NCBI GenBank assembly: GCA_029953675.1
Contig: JAMWBK010000006.1
Coordinates: 1,984,001-2,048,000 of the forward strand
Origin: Rhodosorus marinus CCMP1338
Taxonomy: Eukaryota > Plantae > Rhodophyta
DNA: 64,000 nt
Direction: 5' to 3'
Below the pieces are notes generated by a model. That model was given only the letters and a program-made list of their open reading frames with translations, did not search any database and was not told where the DNA came from. Below, one piece after another: positions 63,174 to 64,000 of the stretch. Both the position numbers and the translations under genes were made by a program. Positions within the stretch are counted from its first letter, which is position 1. Each line of letters starts with the position of its first letter.

Positions 63174-63957
63174 CTATAAGAAGCTCTCCCACTCGCTGAC
63201 GGGGCTTACTTTGTAGTATGCGGTGGTACTATCACCGTCCACCAGCGCCAGAATGACATCTTGCTTGTGTTCTTTTGCCCTACTAGAAGCGAACCTCGAA
63301 ATTCTTCATATCAGGCAAGATCAAATGATAAATGTCGAAATCACATCAGCCCCACATCCTGAAATTGCCATTCGGATGCATGCACCAGAATTCATTGCCT
63401 GCTTACTTCGCCAGAGGGACCTGCTCATCTGCTCTGAGAGGAACCACCCAACATGTCTGCACCCCACCGGGTGGATTTGATGCACGATCGTGTCTCCCTT
63501 GCAGCATTATCCTATTGAGAGTTTCATTACGGACAGGAATCGCCGCTTTCCATTTTCTCACCCGCAATAGATCGCTCCACACCTGAATTTTTTCAGAAAG
63601 GCAACAAAGAAGGCTGAGAAACGCGAAGCTAGGCCAAGTGGCAGCAGTCGCGTGTCATATGTTGCGCGAAGCGATTGCTAACATGAGAGTTTAGCGCATC
63701 ACTGATGAAAGACTGGAAGTACCTGATTACAAGACGAGAATGCTCACCTGGTAAACAAGCTCGGCTTCAATCTCAGACGCAGCCAATGTGTTTTTCAGTC
63801 GCTCAAAGTCATCTAGAGCTTCTTCAAAATTCGAAGCATTCCAGAATTGAATAAAACACAGCGCGTATTAGACACAAGACTTCCTCGGCCCGCGCACGGT
63901 CTGTGACCTCAACTCACTCGAGATTTCATCAACCCTCCTCCGCTTGCTTTCTGTCAT
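63174..63957 (-). CDS. SEN15: tRNA-splicing endonuclease subunit SEN15, multi-exon
   Basis: Spliced LVYQ|VWSDLLRVRKW, VVPLRADEQV, and C-terminal VILALVDGDSTTAYYKV match human TSEN15 FTLAIVESDSTIVYYKL. An additional upstream exon cannot be excluded. Confidence 0.75.
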
Positions 63958-64000
63958 TTTGTGTTTCCCAATCGACTAAAAGTTCGCAAATCAAGTTCTG

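Overview
Eukaryotic nuclear DNA with many short spliceosomal introns (mostly 45-190 nt; GT[AG]AG-type donors, CTRAC branch points, YAG acceptors), read in the standard genetic code. It is probably from a unicellular red alga. This is an inference from a plastid-type transit peptide on RsmI, the plant-like LUFS, LNK and CK2-beta genes occurring together with animal-like POLI, SSR3 and SEN15, and the compact genes. About 20 intact genes are recognisable by sequence: SSR3, NDUFV2, NOP58, POLI, VPS26, PGM, Rab GDI, CIA1, a LUFS protein, an LNK-like zinc-finger protein, SWC4/DMAP1, a YOR238W/DUF218-like protein, p23, SmF, a HAD_SAK_2-like phosphatase, a TRAPP-like subunit, CK2-beta, RTRAF, TIP41, RsmI and SEN15. 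Between them lie many gene-sized, stop-interrupted relics. Other notable elements are a candidate polycistronic snoRNA cluster (about 16.1-16.75 kb), a dispersed repeat family with 12-mer arrays and palindromes (10.4, 20.3-22.4 and 52.6-53.2 kb), a 155-bp tandem duplication, and a perfect 20-bp hairpin. A very strong G+T skew marks the sense strand at every gene 5' end. No rRNA, complete tRNA, CRISPR array or intact transposase was found. All protein identifications are by eye from remembered family motifs; no database search was run. Multi-exon gene coordinates span start to stop codon.
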